Source: Octopus sinensis
Taxonomy: Eukaryota
DNA: 64,000 nt
NCBI RefSeq assembly: GCF_006345805.1
Contig: NC_043006.1
Location: forward strand, 17,608,001 to 17,672,000
Direction: 5' to 3'
In this document: piece after piece, positions 24,809 to 37,557 of the stretch
Layout: the number at the start of each line of letters is the position of its first letter
Numbering within the stretch: the first letter of the stretch is position 1
Notes under the pieces: model-generated
What the model saw: only the letters and a program-made list of their open reading frames with translations
What the model was told of the DNA's origin: nothing
Database searches by the model: none
Program-made: the position numbers and the translations under genes

Positions 24809-25936
24809 TCTTTGTAAACTCTATATCGTAAGGTGACACTGGTAGAGAGTGGTTGATGTGAAGATTATGAATAATTTTCTGTTCCATCTGTGTTGAATTT
24901 CTTCCTTTGGGAAATTACTAGCAAAGTGGAGGCTAATTATCTGCTATTCATTTTCAGTCTTTCAAGTTTTCAATATCTGATCATTATTATGGGTATATTC
25001 CCTGTTAAACTGTTCATAAAACTCAATAACAAATAGAAAATCAAATAAATGTTAAAATTGTGAATTAAGTTTGGTGAGAATCATTTAAAAGAAAAAAAAA
25101 AACAATCAAAAATTAAACTGTATTTGATAGTTTGCAATTTAACCTACAGATTCTGTCACAAAATTTAGTTACAAATAAATAAGGTAGCTAATTATTTCTT
25201 TATTTCATTTCTTAAGTAAATTATTGAAAATTATAATAATAATTAATATTTTTCATATTTCTTTCTGATATTTATTCAATTAACAGGCAGTTTTCAGGGT
25301 CAAATTTCAATAAATAAATTTATTTGGAAATTCTTTATAATTTAAAACAATACAATTGTCTATTGGTAAATAATAGTAATGTTGATGACAATTATTTAAT
25401 GTTTGTTATCTAGTATATGTATGTATGGTTGTGCATGTGTATTACATTGGTTATTTGCCTCTTAGAGTATTATTGAGTTCTTGATGAATTTAACAACTAT
25501 ATGTTATAGCATGTAAATATTTATATGCTATTATTATGTACTTATATGCTATTATTATGTACTTTGAGATCCATTGTTCCAAAAAAGAATTATTCCATGT
25601 TCTCTCATTAGTTTATATATTCGTATGATGTTAGTGACACACACACATTTGTGTGTGTTCATAAATGTGTGTGGTCGTAAAATCAAGTAGTCTGAATGGA
25701 CCCTTGTCAGTGTTGTATATCATCATAGATTAGTTGCGGTAGTAGTATTCAGCTGGTTTGTGTAAAGCTGTTATTAACTTTGAGAATGCTAGGTAGCACT
25801 CAGTCAGACAAATGAACTTATTATAGGGTGTTAGTCCATATGGATTTCTATAGCGCTATTCAAGCTAATAAGCTAACCTGTCATTTTGCCAACCTTATTG
25901 TATTTACATTAATTTGCTTTCCTTTCTCTTTACATT

Positions 25937-25944
<8 letters not shown>

Positions 25945-26032
<88 letters not shown>
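25945..26032. repeat. (TA)n/(TG)n microsatellite
   Basis: Directly visible. Confidence 0.95.
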
Positions 26033-26508
26033 TTTATTTTTTAAGAATTTAAACTGACAGGATCTATTGTCAATAAGCATTATTAAAGACTAGGAATTTA
26101 GTATTGGCAGCATGAAGGAATGGTAGTGTTCATTGTAGTAGTAATAATTAATACTGGTACTCTGGTTTTGTTCTTGTTTTACTTTGATTGTACTAATGCG
26201 TTTCCGGAAGGAAGTAGCTTTCTTTTTCTACCCCTCTAGTGTATGTAGGATGTTTCTATTTTGTGTGTTCTATCGGTTTTCTATTTGGAATGCTTATCTT
26301 CTACACTAGTATGTGTTTACATTACATTGTCTTTTAATCTTTAACTCCATTTGTTGTTGTATTCTTGTGAAATTACATTGCTTTCGTTTCAGTCAATTTT
26401 TAAAAGACTAAACATTTTATTACAATAACTTTATCATTAAGCTGGTATTTGGAATATAAATTAACAAGAAATTGTAAAGGAAGGTTGTAACTTAGATCAA
26501 ATTTGCTT

Positions 26509-26975
26509 AACTCTTTTGTTTTCATATTTCTGCTAAAATGCACTGTATTTGTTTGAATTAATCGTGAAAATAATTCTGTAAAATAAATGTCGTTATTAAC
26601 CTTGTGTCTGGAATATAAATTAACACGAAACTTTTATGGTAGGTTTTAGTTTAAATTACTTTAACCCATTAATATTTAAACAGGCCATATCCAGCTAAAA
26701 TACTGTACCTGTTTTCTGTTCAAACCAGCCTTATTTGGCCTCTCTCATCTGTTCTATCTACATCATCATTAAAAGAAAAAAAAGGGAAAAAAAAAAAATG
26801 AAATCATGTCATCAAAATTTCAAAATTATGAAATATTGCTTGATCAATTCAAAGTAATGCAAATAGACGAGCATTACATTTGAAAGAGTAATCTGAATGC
26901 TAAAAGGTTAAAACAGGAACTTTGTATCATAGAAGCAAAGGTGGCTTCAAGCAGATTGGCACCAAAAATGTTAAA
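26509..26975 (+). mobile_element. MITE C with MITE A (26665-26907) nested at a TTAA site
   Basis: The C motif actttaaaacagg is split as act|ttaa...ttaa|aacagg. Confidence 0.75.
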
Positions 26976-27192
26976 TCAAAATTGTTTAATATACTAGAGT
27001 GAGTTGTTTACGTATGTAATGATGTAAGATAAATAATTATAAGTTATGTTCAAATATATTCTGCATCTTCCATTTATATATATATTTATATATCTTTATT
27101 ATTAAACTCATGGATTTAAAATTTTTAATCATCAATATAATTATACTCACACTATATTTCAAATCATCATGACATTTGTGTGTTAATCATTA

Positions 27193-27977
27193 ATCCTTTA
27201 ACATTTAAACCGGCCATATCTGGCCCAAATGGTCTACCTGTTTTATAATAATAATAATAATATAATAATAATAATAATAATTGTGTACAGTGCTCAGGTG
27301 CACTACAACTCATCTAAAATGTATATATAATCAGGTGTAGTTTCGGCGGATTTCGGAAAGCATGAGGGCCTTAAAAGATGCAGTGTCATGGCAGTCAACA
27401 ACTGACGCAGGCAGTTTATTCCATGCTTCAGCAACTCTGAGCGTGAAAAAATGTTTCCGAAAGTCATGGGAGCTGTATTGTTTTCTGACTTTGTAGGCAT
27501 GTCCACGTGTGTTAGACACATGGAGATCAAAAAGGTGTTCAGTGTTGTTGGTGAGGTGGTTGATAACTTTGTGGGTGTTTACCAAGTCCGTCGCCAAACG
27601 CCGGAGCTTCAGTGAATCCATGCCCAGGGAAACAAGGCGCTCAGAATATGGTAGGTGTCTGATGGAGGGTATGCGTTTGGTTGCACGTCTGGACAGATTC
27701 CAGGAGGTCAATGTTCTGTGCAAGATAGGGGTTCCAAACTGATGATGCGAATTCCAAGTGTGGTCGTACCATAGCTGTATACAGTTTTAAATAGATGGCT
27801 GGAGAGCGGCTAACAAAAGACCTTTTATGTTGAAACTGGCCAGATCCAGTCTCTCCCACCTACCCTACAATGTCATTCTAAAATTAAATGATTACATCTT
27901 CAAAATACGTGATTAATTTTTAAAAATATGGATACATAAACATTACATTTGATAAATTAAATCAGAATGCTAAAGGG
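27193..27977 (+). mobile_element. MITE A split by a LINE insertion
   Basis: Left part 27193-27247; right part 27821-27977 ending aatgctaaaggg|ttaa. Confidence 0.8.
27248..27820 (-). mobile_element. 5'-truncated CR1/L2-group LINE 3' end with (ATT)n tail
   Basis: LKLYTAMVRPHLEFASSVWNPYL..ESVQ / RRATKRIP..YSERL..SLKLRRL..DL..TRGH..K..RKHFFTLRVAEAWNKLP; one frameshift near 27685; stop at 27331. Confidence 0.9.
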
Positions 27978-28969
27978 TTAAAACAAATAATGGCATATAT
28001 TTGTTTTTCCTTATATATTTTTTTTCAAATATATTTATTTTCCCTCACTCGTGGTCCTAGTTAATACATCTGTTGAAAAAAAAAAAAATTGTTCAGTATT
28101 TCAATATTTTAAAAATCAGTTTGGTTATACTTTTATTGGTTTCAGCCATAGGCCATGACCATGCTGGAGATATTGGAAATCACCCTAATAATACCTATCC
28201 TCCACCCCCAAGGTAACTCCTGGCTAAATTTAAACTCATTGGTAAACTGCTGTGACTTGTCAAGTGCTGCTGATGCAGTAATTAGCTTTATCTCATTTTC
28301 TCTTCCTGCTTTACAGCTGGGTGAGAGGATAAGGGTTGTCTTGGGCCCCCACATAATGTAGCTTAATTTTAACACAGTCCATCACCTTATCAACTCAGCT
28401 AGTGATAATTCTTAAAATATGATTCAAGGAATACATGTTACATGATTTAAATGTTGTCTTTGTTAAAAAATATGTTTAAACTATTTTTAGCTAAACACGT
28501 GTGTGCACATATATATATACACCTAGCTATTTACTGTCTACCCGTTGTTAAAATAATTACAAATAAGAAAAGTAATTTCCAATGTTAGACTTATTTGTTT
28601 ACATATAAAGAAAAAACAAACATAAAATCTAAAAAAAAAAATTAGTATATAATTAACATCAATGTTTTCGTTGTAGCATCATGTCTTTTATTAATTGCTT
28701 TCAATTACAAATATCTATTTAGATTTACTTTGTGTTTATCTAATTTTCTAATTTATAAAATATTAGTCATTTAGATAAACAATATTATGCCACTTTTAAA
28801 GTAGAAAACTATATTTGGAATGTCTTGTAGGCATTCACATGTTGGTCTTGATACCGGCTCATTGTCATTCAATTTTACCCTATCATTAATAATCTTGGGA
28901 AAGAAATGAATGCCACAACCTCTCATTCACCTTTTACTATATTATGGTATATATTATTTAAATATTAAA

Positions 28970-29190
28970 AGGCGGCAAGCTGACAGAAATGTTAGCACAT
29001 TGGATGAAATACTTAGCAGTATTTTGCTCGCTGCTATGTTCTGAGTTCAAATTCCACCGAGGTCGACTTTGCCTTTCATCCTTTTGGGGTCGAAAAATTA
29101 AGAATCAGTTGAGTACTGGGGTTGATGTAATTGACTGGCTCTGCCCCCCCCCCCAATTTCACGTCTTGTGCTTATAATAGAAAGTATTAT
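28970..29190 (+). mobile_element. SINE S2 (short tail)
   Basis: ggcggcaagctgacagaa...gagttcaaattccaccgaggtcgactttgcctttcatcc. Confidence 0.85.
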
Positions 29191-30065
29191 TTAAATATTA
29201 AAATGTTGTCACCAAGGTACTTTAATTGTAAAGCAAATCATTTACCATTTGCTTTAAAATATTTAACAAATGGCCATAAAGGAAAATAATTCAACCATTA
29301 TTTTCAGCATTTAAAATAAACTTTAACAATCCATGTGAACAAAGACTTGAGAAAAGATTACATTTTCTTGGAAATGAAACATAATTTCAGTTCAGGTTCA
29401 AGTAAATTAATTTTTAAAAAAATCAAAAACAATCCAAACATTTTTAATGAAATAATTTTTCTGCTCAGTTCCCCGCTCTCCTCTGTAACTAAGCAATATT
29501 TTAGTAATATCTGAAGATCTCTAAACTATTTTTTCATTCGTGATCTCTCTCTCTCTCTCTCACCCTCTCTCTCTAAACAGATAAATAAATACATAAAAAG
29601 ATATACTATTGCTAAAATTCTAAGTGGATTTTGCAAAATTGCAGTTGTTGACATTTTAGTAAAACTGCTTCATGTGGAGAACTATAATAAAATTTTTGAA
29701 TACTCTAACTAAATAGATATATGTGCATGTATTTGTGTGTTTTAGAAACATTTGCTTCCAGCAACATGGAATGTAAGTTTAGTTGTATGAAGTGGAACAT
29801 ATGTCATTGTTTTAATATTTTTCTGTCAGTGTTTTGAAAGCAAAGGATGCAAAAATCAAATTTGCTCAACTTTTTATCAATGGCAATTTACAATTATTTC
29901 CACAACACTTTCAGATAAATTCTTGTAGATAGATTGTGTGTAATGCCATATATCTCAGCTACTGAAATCATAAAAGTATATAGCTTGCAGCTGGGATGAT
30001 AATGCTTCACCCATCTTCTTGGGCTCACAGGCAAAGAACAAGGGCCTACAATGCTAGAACGCTCA

Positions 30066-30733
30066 GGCATGGCTGTGTGATTAAGAAGTTTGCTTCCCAA
30101 TCACATGGTTCCAAGTTTAGCCCCCCCCCCCTGCATGGAGCCTTGGGCAATTGATTTCTACTATAACCAGAGGCAAACCAAAACCTTGTGAGTGAACTTG
30201 TTAAATAAAAATTGAAAGAAACCCAGCATATATATATATATACATACACACACGCACGGCGGGAGGGGGGGTTGAGGGGGTATTAGTTTCAGAAAAAGAA
30301 AATACAGGAGGTTCAGTTAATTATGATTTTATTCAACACATATTTCCCTCTCAGATTCCCACACATATTGCAGTGGTCCTTCAGTTTTTCTAAGCCCTGT
30401 AAAAGAACCCGGAAGGTTGGGTTTTTAACCAGGTGTTTTGCGATACCCTTAAAGTCAGGAACTTTTCAGCACCCCCTCGTATTTGTGGTCGTTTGTGTAC
30501 GTTTATGTCTTGGTGTCATGTGTTAGTTGTAAACAAACCTCACTGTTTCTGAAGCAGTGGTGTTCATTTCCAGTCATTGAGGAAAATATGTCTGGCCATG
30601 GGGAAGTATTACCTGACTTGGAAACAGGCAAGGGTTGGTGACAGGAAGCACATCCAGCTTTAGAAAGATCACCTGAATTAATTCCATCTGACCTATGCAA
30701 TAATGGAAAAGTGGGCTTTAAAATGATGATGAC
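30066..30733 (+). mobile_element. SINE S3 interrupted by a mariner MITE
   Basis: Head at 30066-30240; tail at 30485-30733 ending aatgatgatgac. Confidence 0.75.
30273..30479. mobile_element. Tc1/mariner MITE with damaged left end
   Basis: Right end aggaacttttcagcaccccctcg|TA; only gaggggg of the left TIR remains. Confidence 0.6.
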
Positions 30734-30949
30734 ATAAAAAAAAAATGCTTGATAATATCTATTAGAATGATGTGCTTTATCTTTCAGCTCACCTTAATTT
30801 TTCATTGACCCCAGTGCTCAACTGGTATTTATTTTATCAGCCCTGAAAATATGGAAGGCAAATTGAATATCAGTGAAATTTGAACTCAGAATGTTTAAAT
30901 AGATGAAATGGCTCTGTATTAATTAATATTAGAACAGTATTTAATAAGC

Positions 30950-31130
30950 AAAATCATTACCACACCAGGTAAAATGCTTAGTGATATTTGTGTTCTGAGT
31001 TCAAATTTAGCCAAGGTCAGCTTTGCTTTCCATCCTTTCAGGGTTGATAAAATAAGTACCAGCTGAACACTGAGGTTGATGTAATTGACTTACCCCCTAC
31101 CATGAACTTGGCCTTGTGCCAAGATTTGAT
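30950..31130 (+). mobile_element. SINE S2, degenerate
   Basis: gagttcaaattt..gctttccatcctttcagggttgataaaataagtacc. Confidence 0.7.
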
Positions 31131-31974
31131 TTATCTATAGTATAGGTTGATTTATCTATAGTATAGTTTAATTTATCTATAGTATGGTTTGACTTAGCTA
31201 TTCATCCTATATGTCCTGTTTCTATCTGCTCATCATTTTGAACTATATATAAATCATCTTTCCATGATAACATAGAAACAGAATCAAATTAACATAAATA
31301 TTCTATATATTTGTAAGTAATAAACCTAACAGTAAGCCCTTTGGTCAGCCATTTAGGGGATTTATGCTGAATTAAGATAAAGTGTAAGGTAGCTGAAGTT
31401 TGGAATTCCTCTGCATATGGTCAGTGTACCATTGTCTTGACCTTTTAGCAATTATACTTCAGCACACATATATATAGGTTTGTGTGTGTGTGTGCACACA
31501 GATTCACATGGAATAATCCATCAAAATGACAAGGTAAAGGAAGAAGTCATATTACCATAAAATGCAAAAAGGTGTTATTTTTCTTCAAGGTAGAGAGTCT
31601 GTTGTGTGAACATTTGTACATTACAAATATGTCAAAAATGTGAATAACATCTTTTCCAATTTAACGCAGGAGACTGCTACAAATATCTGCAACCAGCGTC
31701 TGTGATCCTGTAGACTTAATGATGATAGTGCTATTATCTATTTTTCACCATTTAAGAAACAATAGCGATTTGACAGAAGTAGGATGTTCTGTTTTTTTTT
31801 ATTTATTTAAAAAGAATTTTTTTAGTTAGTCTATTCCCTATACATCTTCTTTGTAATTCTAATTCTCTGATATAATTTACCCTTCAACCTATCATTTCTT
31901 CTCTTTCAGCCTTTAGGTTTGTTACTTGTTACATGCATCAATTTATATATCTTTGATGAAATATGCATGTACAT

Positions 31975-32230
31975 CATCATTATGTCTGTTTTCTTATGTT
32001 AGCATGGATCAGATGAGTCTTCACCAGCTCTGTGTCTCACCATTTATTGTAGGTCCCTTTGTAATTTCCTTTGTAAGGTTCATATTCCTGAGATTAGTCT
32101 TCTCTACTTCTTTCCATGTTTTCCTTGGTCTACCTTTTGTCTGGATACCTTCCATTTGCATCACTTGGCCCTTCTTAACTCTTCTCCGCTGTCATCTTTC
32201 ATATCCATACCAGTTCTGGTTGCTTAGACT
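31975..32230 (-). pseudogene. Old RTE C-terminal relic
   Basis: WYGY..KGRPRKTWKEV..NL on the - strand, ending in a gatgatg tail. Confidence 0.6.
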
Positions 32231-32736
32231 TCTCTCTAATAATCAATTCAAAGTTTTATAATTTTGAGGTTCCATCTTGCTTGCATTCATCCAGCTAATG
32301 AAATTAAGCACATCAAAACTTTAAGTCACTGTCAACCTTTTTCCCTTGAGTAAATTAAGGAATATGTACTGTACTAAAAGATTTTTAGTAAACCTTTACT
32401 TTAATGTTAAACTATTTTTATATATAACTTTACATAAAAGCAAACATTAATATAAACACACACACATATATTGTATGTACAAATACATTAAGCATAATTT
32501 ATATTCAATCACGATCTGATCTAAGACACAACTCAGAAATTTATTTGGAACGCATAGTTTCTGAACTTTTAACCACTAAGTCATTGGGTAAGCATAATTT
32601 GTTTGTTGGAAATAATGGTCTTTAAGTTCAGCATCATCTCAGTGTAATGTGTGTGTTCATAAAACGTTTTCACTGCATTGAAGAGATAAGCACAAAATCC
32701 ACAGTTAATACTCGAGTAAATCTTCCTTCTCATTAG

Positions 32737-34754
32737 TTGATTGCTTTATTGAACTTCCTTCCTTGTATCAATTTGCGGAGGTATTATTGTTTGTTTCTCT
32801 CTGGTGGTTTACTAAGCTTTCTTCAGAAGACAGTGACTAACAAACTAGATTAAAAATAAATTGGTTATTGTTTAACCCTTTTGACGCCAGCTCAACTGAG
32901 ACCACGCATGCTTCTCTGATATAAACTTAGTGTTTTAAAGCGAACTCAGTCAAAACCTTGCATCAAAATTTCCTGTTCTTTTAAGTTTTAACCCTTTCAT
33001 TACCAACCCAGCTGAAACCGGTTCTGGTTCTGAGTACAAATCTCCTGTTTTGAAAAGTTTTGAATTAAAATCTTCCATCAAACCTTAGTCATAATTTATG
33101 TTCCTAAAACTAGCTGAATGATAACTAAGTTATTTTACTAAATTCTTTGTTATATTTGAAGTAATTGAAAGAAACAGAGAGCATCTTAAAATAAATACAG
33201 TAACGAAAGGGTTAAACACCAGCTTAATAATGACAAGAGTATGTCAATAAGTTCTTCAGTATTTTTCAAGAGAAATATAGCAACGAAAAGGTTAACATTT
33301 CCAAGTCATTTCTGATAAAGTAGATCTTTTATGAAAGATGTTCCAGTCTTTTTAGAACTGCTTTATTTACCCTCTCTTTTCCTTTTTTAAGACAGTGTGG
33401 CGTGTGTGATGTGAGGCAGATTTAGCCAGTTTAAGAAAGTTGAGCAACCACATAGAGGCTTCCCTCGTTGGCTTGAAAATAGACGGGTGGACTAACACAT
33501 TAACCATTTAGTGTTCAGATTATTCTGTCAAATGTGATGTTTGTTTATTTAAAATGGTTTGAATTAATCATACATTATCTTGTAGTTTAGAGATTTCAGT
33601 GATGTGATTTCTTAGTTTTAGAATGACATGGTAGGGCTGAGGTGAGAGGTCAGTTTCAATATAAAACAGGTTAAGTATTTTGGCCAGATATGGCCGGTTT
33701 GAATGCTAAAGGGTTAAGTTTATCCTGTCTTAATTGTTTTTTTTTCTCCAATTCTCTATAGTCCAGTTGTAAAGGCTGCCTGGAAGAGATGTAAAAATTT
33801 TGGGAATGTTGCTTACAGTAGCCTATGCTGCCACTTTTAGTTGCTCTATAGACTTACTGGTGATAAGGCTATTATCCATTTGCTCCATTGAAGGCTCTCT
33901 ATGTTAAAGAAAATAAATACACTTTTATATTTTGTTTTTGAATTTCATTTGTAAGAGTTCAACTCATGTGTTGAAATAAATTTTGTTGTATCTTAGGAGG
34001 ATCATTATACCAGTAATAAACACATGCACTGGTTAACTTACACTTTTTTATTATTATTCCTCAATTGGTTTGCTACCTAATCAGCTAACTAATTGATTTG
34101 ATTGTTCATTTGGTCAACCAATCAATCTGTTATGGTAACCAAAATCCTTTTGTCATCATTCATGACCTCTTCAATGACATGCCCTCTCCACTCCAGGTTA
34201 CTTTGAGGTCACACCCGATTGATTGATTGATCAAATGATTAATGAAACAATCAGTTAGTTGGTTAAACAGCTAACCAATGGGTGAATAATATTAAAGAAG
34301 TGAAATTGCACCAGTGTGTGTTTATTGTTGGCATAATGACCCTTCTGAGATATTCTTTTATATTTTATGGTTAGAATACTAACCCATCCATATGTAGAGG
34401 AATTCCAAATTTACTTAAACCACTTTACACTTTATCATACCTCAGTGTAAATCTCATAATTGGCTGACAACAAAATCCACTCTTAATTTACAAGCTGATT
34501 ACTTTTAAATAGAAATGGAATCCGTTTACAGAAATATTCCACCCATTCTCACTTAACATGGTGAGCATGACTAGTCTATACAAGGAGAAATTTATCTCTC
34601 CAAATTGCTACAGTGACTGCAGTCTAAGCCCGGGCTTTATGAATTTGTGAGCGGTAGCATTTACAATAAACAGAATTTTATATATCTTTTTCCTTATTAG
34701 ACTTTGAAATATGCCTGGACCATTATGACAAAAATACAAAAGCTTGGTTTGTAA
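32737..34754 (+). CDS. Candidate three-exon C-terminal segment (32737-32780, 34513-34560, 34701-34754): xDCFIELPSLYQFAE-KWNPFTEIFHPFSLNM-TLKYAWTIMTKIQKLGL*
   Basis: AG/GT boundaries ctcattag|..gag|gtatta, ttttaaatag|..atg|gtgagc, ctttttccttattag|; frames are mutually compatible. No homology recognised. Confidence 0.3.
32876..33291 (-). mobile_element. MITE C with MITE B (32992-33211) nested at a TTAA site
   Basis: Both have ttaa|ccct...ggg or agg|ttaa ends. Confidence 0.8.
33504..33713 (-). mobile_element. TTAA MITE family A
   Basis: ttaa|ccatttagtgttc...gaatgctaaaggg|ttaa. Confidence 0.8.
33991..34350. mobile_element. 360 bp foldback-type MITE with about 140 bp imperfect terminal inverted repeats, TA-flanked
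   Basis: TA|tcttaggaggatcattataccagtaataaacac...caatcaatc aligns with the reverse complement of gattgattg...gtgtttattgttggcataatgacccttctgaga|TA. Confidence 0.75.
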
Positions 34755-35904
34755 GAAAATCAAATTCAAGGATAGAATTATCGATCTAGCTGGTAGCATT
34801 ATCTATTTCCGTGAAAACTATTCAGACTTTGAGTCTCCCAATCCCTAAATGTCCAAGAATCTTATGAATAACATCTGAATAATTTCCTTTTATCATGAGA
34901 CTTAATTTCCTTTTTAAATTCTTCAATAACATGGTGTTCTTATGGACTGTCTTTTCTCTTTGCAAAGTAACTGCTATTGTCTTTTTGCTTCTGATTTACT
35001 TCCTGTATTTCTTCCTCTTTTGTTTTCTCTCTACACTTTGAGATAAATTGTCTTTTAAATGAATGCTTTCGTATAATTTCAATACGTCCAATCCAGAAGT
35101 TAATGAGTTAAATCTTTTCAGTTGTTTTGCACATCTAAAAAAATAAGTGAAAAGCTTGCAAAACTGATATGGATTATCTGGAAAATGATGTAATTTGATA
35201 ATTGTAATTGTATATGGATTTAAGATTTAGTAATTGTTAGCTCATGCACTAACAGGAAAATCCAGGGCATCCCCTCTTACTAATTTTCTTGTCCATATGA
35301 TCAGATTGAAAGGTAAAATTGGTAAATTAAATTCCATTATAGTCATCATATTGCTTTATATTCATCAATATTATAGAATATTCTGGGCATTCATGATTCT
35401 TTCAAAGAAGAAAATGGTGAAGTAAATTAGAAAATCAGCAAGCCACCTAATGGGCAAGCTTGTATGTTATATTCTCTTCTGTATGTTATTAAGGAATAAA
35501 TTTCTATATGGCTGTGCCAGAGATCCTAAACGCTTTCTTGTATATAATGTGGTATTATTGTGTGTTTCAAATCCTATCTTCTTAGGTATTTGTTTTCCAG
35601 TGTTCTAAAAAATATGCAATTTACTACAGTTAATTTCATGAACTTAGGGCTTTTTATTTATCTAAGAACAAGACCTTAGAACTGACTGGGCAAGAGAAAT
35701 GATTGTCATTATCAAGCTTGATATAAATAGCTAATAAAGTAGGGTACTGCACTGCACCAAATGCTTGCATTATGATATTTAGTATTTTGTTGTGAGCCTT
35801 TAAAGACTCCCTTCATAGTGTGAATAAAATAACTAGGTACCTAGTCAAATATCTCATATAGTAGAATTTACTTTCTGTTTTATCCGGGATACTATGGATA
35901 AAAT

Positions 35905-36062
35905 ACCACAGTTCACTGGTTGGCATTTGGAAGGGCATCCAATAGTAGAAACCATGCCAAAACAGACATTGGAACTATAAAGAGTTCTCTAACTCATCAG
36001 ATTCTCTCAAACCATCCAACCCATGTAACCATAGAAGATAGGTATTAAAAGATGATGATGAC
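35905..36062 (+). mobile_element. RTE 3' end copy, degenerate
   Basis: ggaagggcatccaatagtagaaacc...aaaagatgatgatg. Confidence 0.7.
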
Positions 36063-37557
36063 TTCATAATTATAAACCAGTAATTTACTTGGGTTTAGAG
36101 ACAAGTTGAAATTTATCATTTCAATAATCAAATTGCACTTTCAACAGTTTATTAGGTGCATGGAAAAATGTTGTTTTTTTTTTTTTATTTATTTTCAACT
36201 TATTATTTACTTTGATCACTATCACCAGTTTAGTGTCAGTCATGATATAATTTTTACAATATATTGTAATGTTGAGAATTATGTCATAAAGAAGATTATA
36301 CAGTTTACTACTCATATATAACTGTATTTGTTTTGTTAATCTCCTCTCGTCAATTCTATAAACTATAAGAAGAAAAAAAAAAAAAAGAAATGCAAAATAG
36401 TTGCTTCATGAAGGTCAAAGGATAAGTTGAAAATAGCAAATGAATAAATCTATATAATAGCTGTTGTATTGTTTGCTTATTATTTGAGTGAAAATTTGGA
36501 ATATAACTAAATATTTCAATGTTTCGCCTAAAGCACAATATATAGATTGCATTACACTATAATGATTATCTAATGATCTGATGATAACATTCATCCTTTT
36601 AGCTTATCCTGTATGCTGTTTTATTTTAATTTCCTTGCCATCTTGCCACCTGACTAAACAAGACATGTGCTTGGTTATTGATGTTCTTATTACCTCCTCA
36701 TTGATACTCGGATTGTCTGTTTTATGCATCTCTCTCTTTCCGGATGATACCCAAAAACATTTAGGCATATCTTACTACTTTTTTCGTATATCAATAATGG
36801 TAAATTATCTATTTCTATATACAAGGTAGAGTATGTTTTGTTTTGTATTTTTTTAGTTCCTAAAGCAATAATCTGTTTGCAGTTGCAAGTCAGAATTTGA
36901 TTTTTAAATTACGGTGTTGTAGGAAAACAGTGTTATTTCATTTTTTTCTTTTTTTTCTTCTGTAGCGTGTAATCATAATAATCACGGGTAATGGTTATAA
37001 GATGCCTTAAGTTATGTAAATTGTCAATCAAGATATATTGTTTCACTTGTAAACTTTGCCTTCCGATTTTGGTTAGATCATGCTAATATAATTTTCTTTG
37101 CTTTGATTCTTGAAATATGTAGTTTGATGTTGCTGGGGAAATCATATGGAATGCATCAATTTAAGAATTATTGCAGTAGCATTTAACAAAACCTATTATT
37201 ATTTATAAACGACAACAAAAAAAATATGTATAATTTTATTCAGAAACATTAGATATCTTTAAATTATTCTTGATGCAGATTCGTCTGTTTTGTTAATCTT
37301 AAGCTGACAGCTTGTCTTATTTCTGTAGTGGATTTCAGTAAGCTTTCTTGATACATAAACTCTAAAGATTCCTTGAAAATCAAATAATCTTGACTGTTTT
37401 AAAGCCACTGCAGTCTTACTTTACTAAAGCTTTGCTTACAGTGAGATGAGTTGCAGTAGAATTTGTCACAGGTTTAGCAGTATTCCGTCTTTATTATGAA
37501 TATTTGGTTACATATGATTTTAGATAATGCACCGTAAATACTGTTAAATCATGATCA

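Noticed and set aside
24795-24890. Minus-strand exon candidate with donor cag|gtatgt
   Set aside because: The acceptor is weak, there are in-frame stops upstream, and it overlaps the + strand candidate; this cannot be resolved from sequence.
26201-26215. ETS-like ttccggaaggaagt motif as a promoter
   Set aside because: It is an isolated short motif with no other promoter evidence.
31126-31195. Three copies of an approximately 21 bp unit (ttgatttatctatagtatag)
   Set aside because: This is an ordinary local slippage repeat at a SINE tail.
34513-34754. Resemblance of KWNPF..FSLNMTLKYAW to the glutamate receptor M1-M2 region
   Set aside because: There is no transmembrane helix upstream, the pore residues do not match, and the similarity is too short.
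36581-36829. 82 aa hydrophobic ORF
   Set aside because: It has no recognisable motif or splice context, and T-rich DNA readily yields such ORFs.
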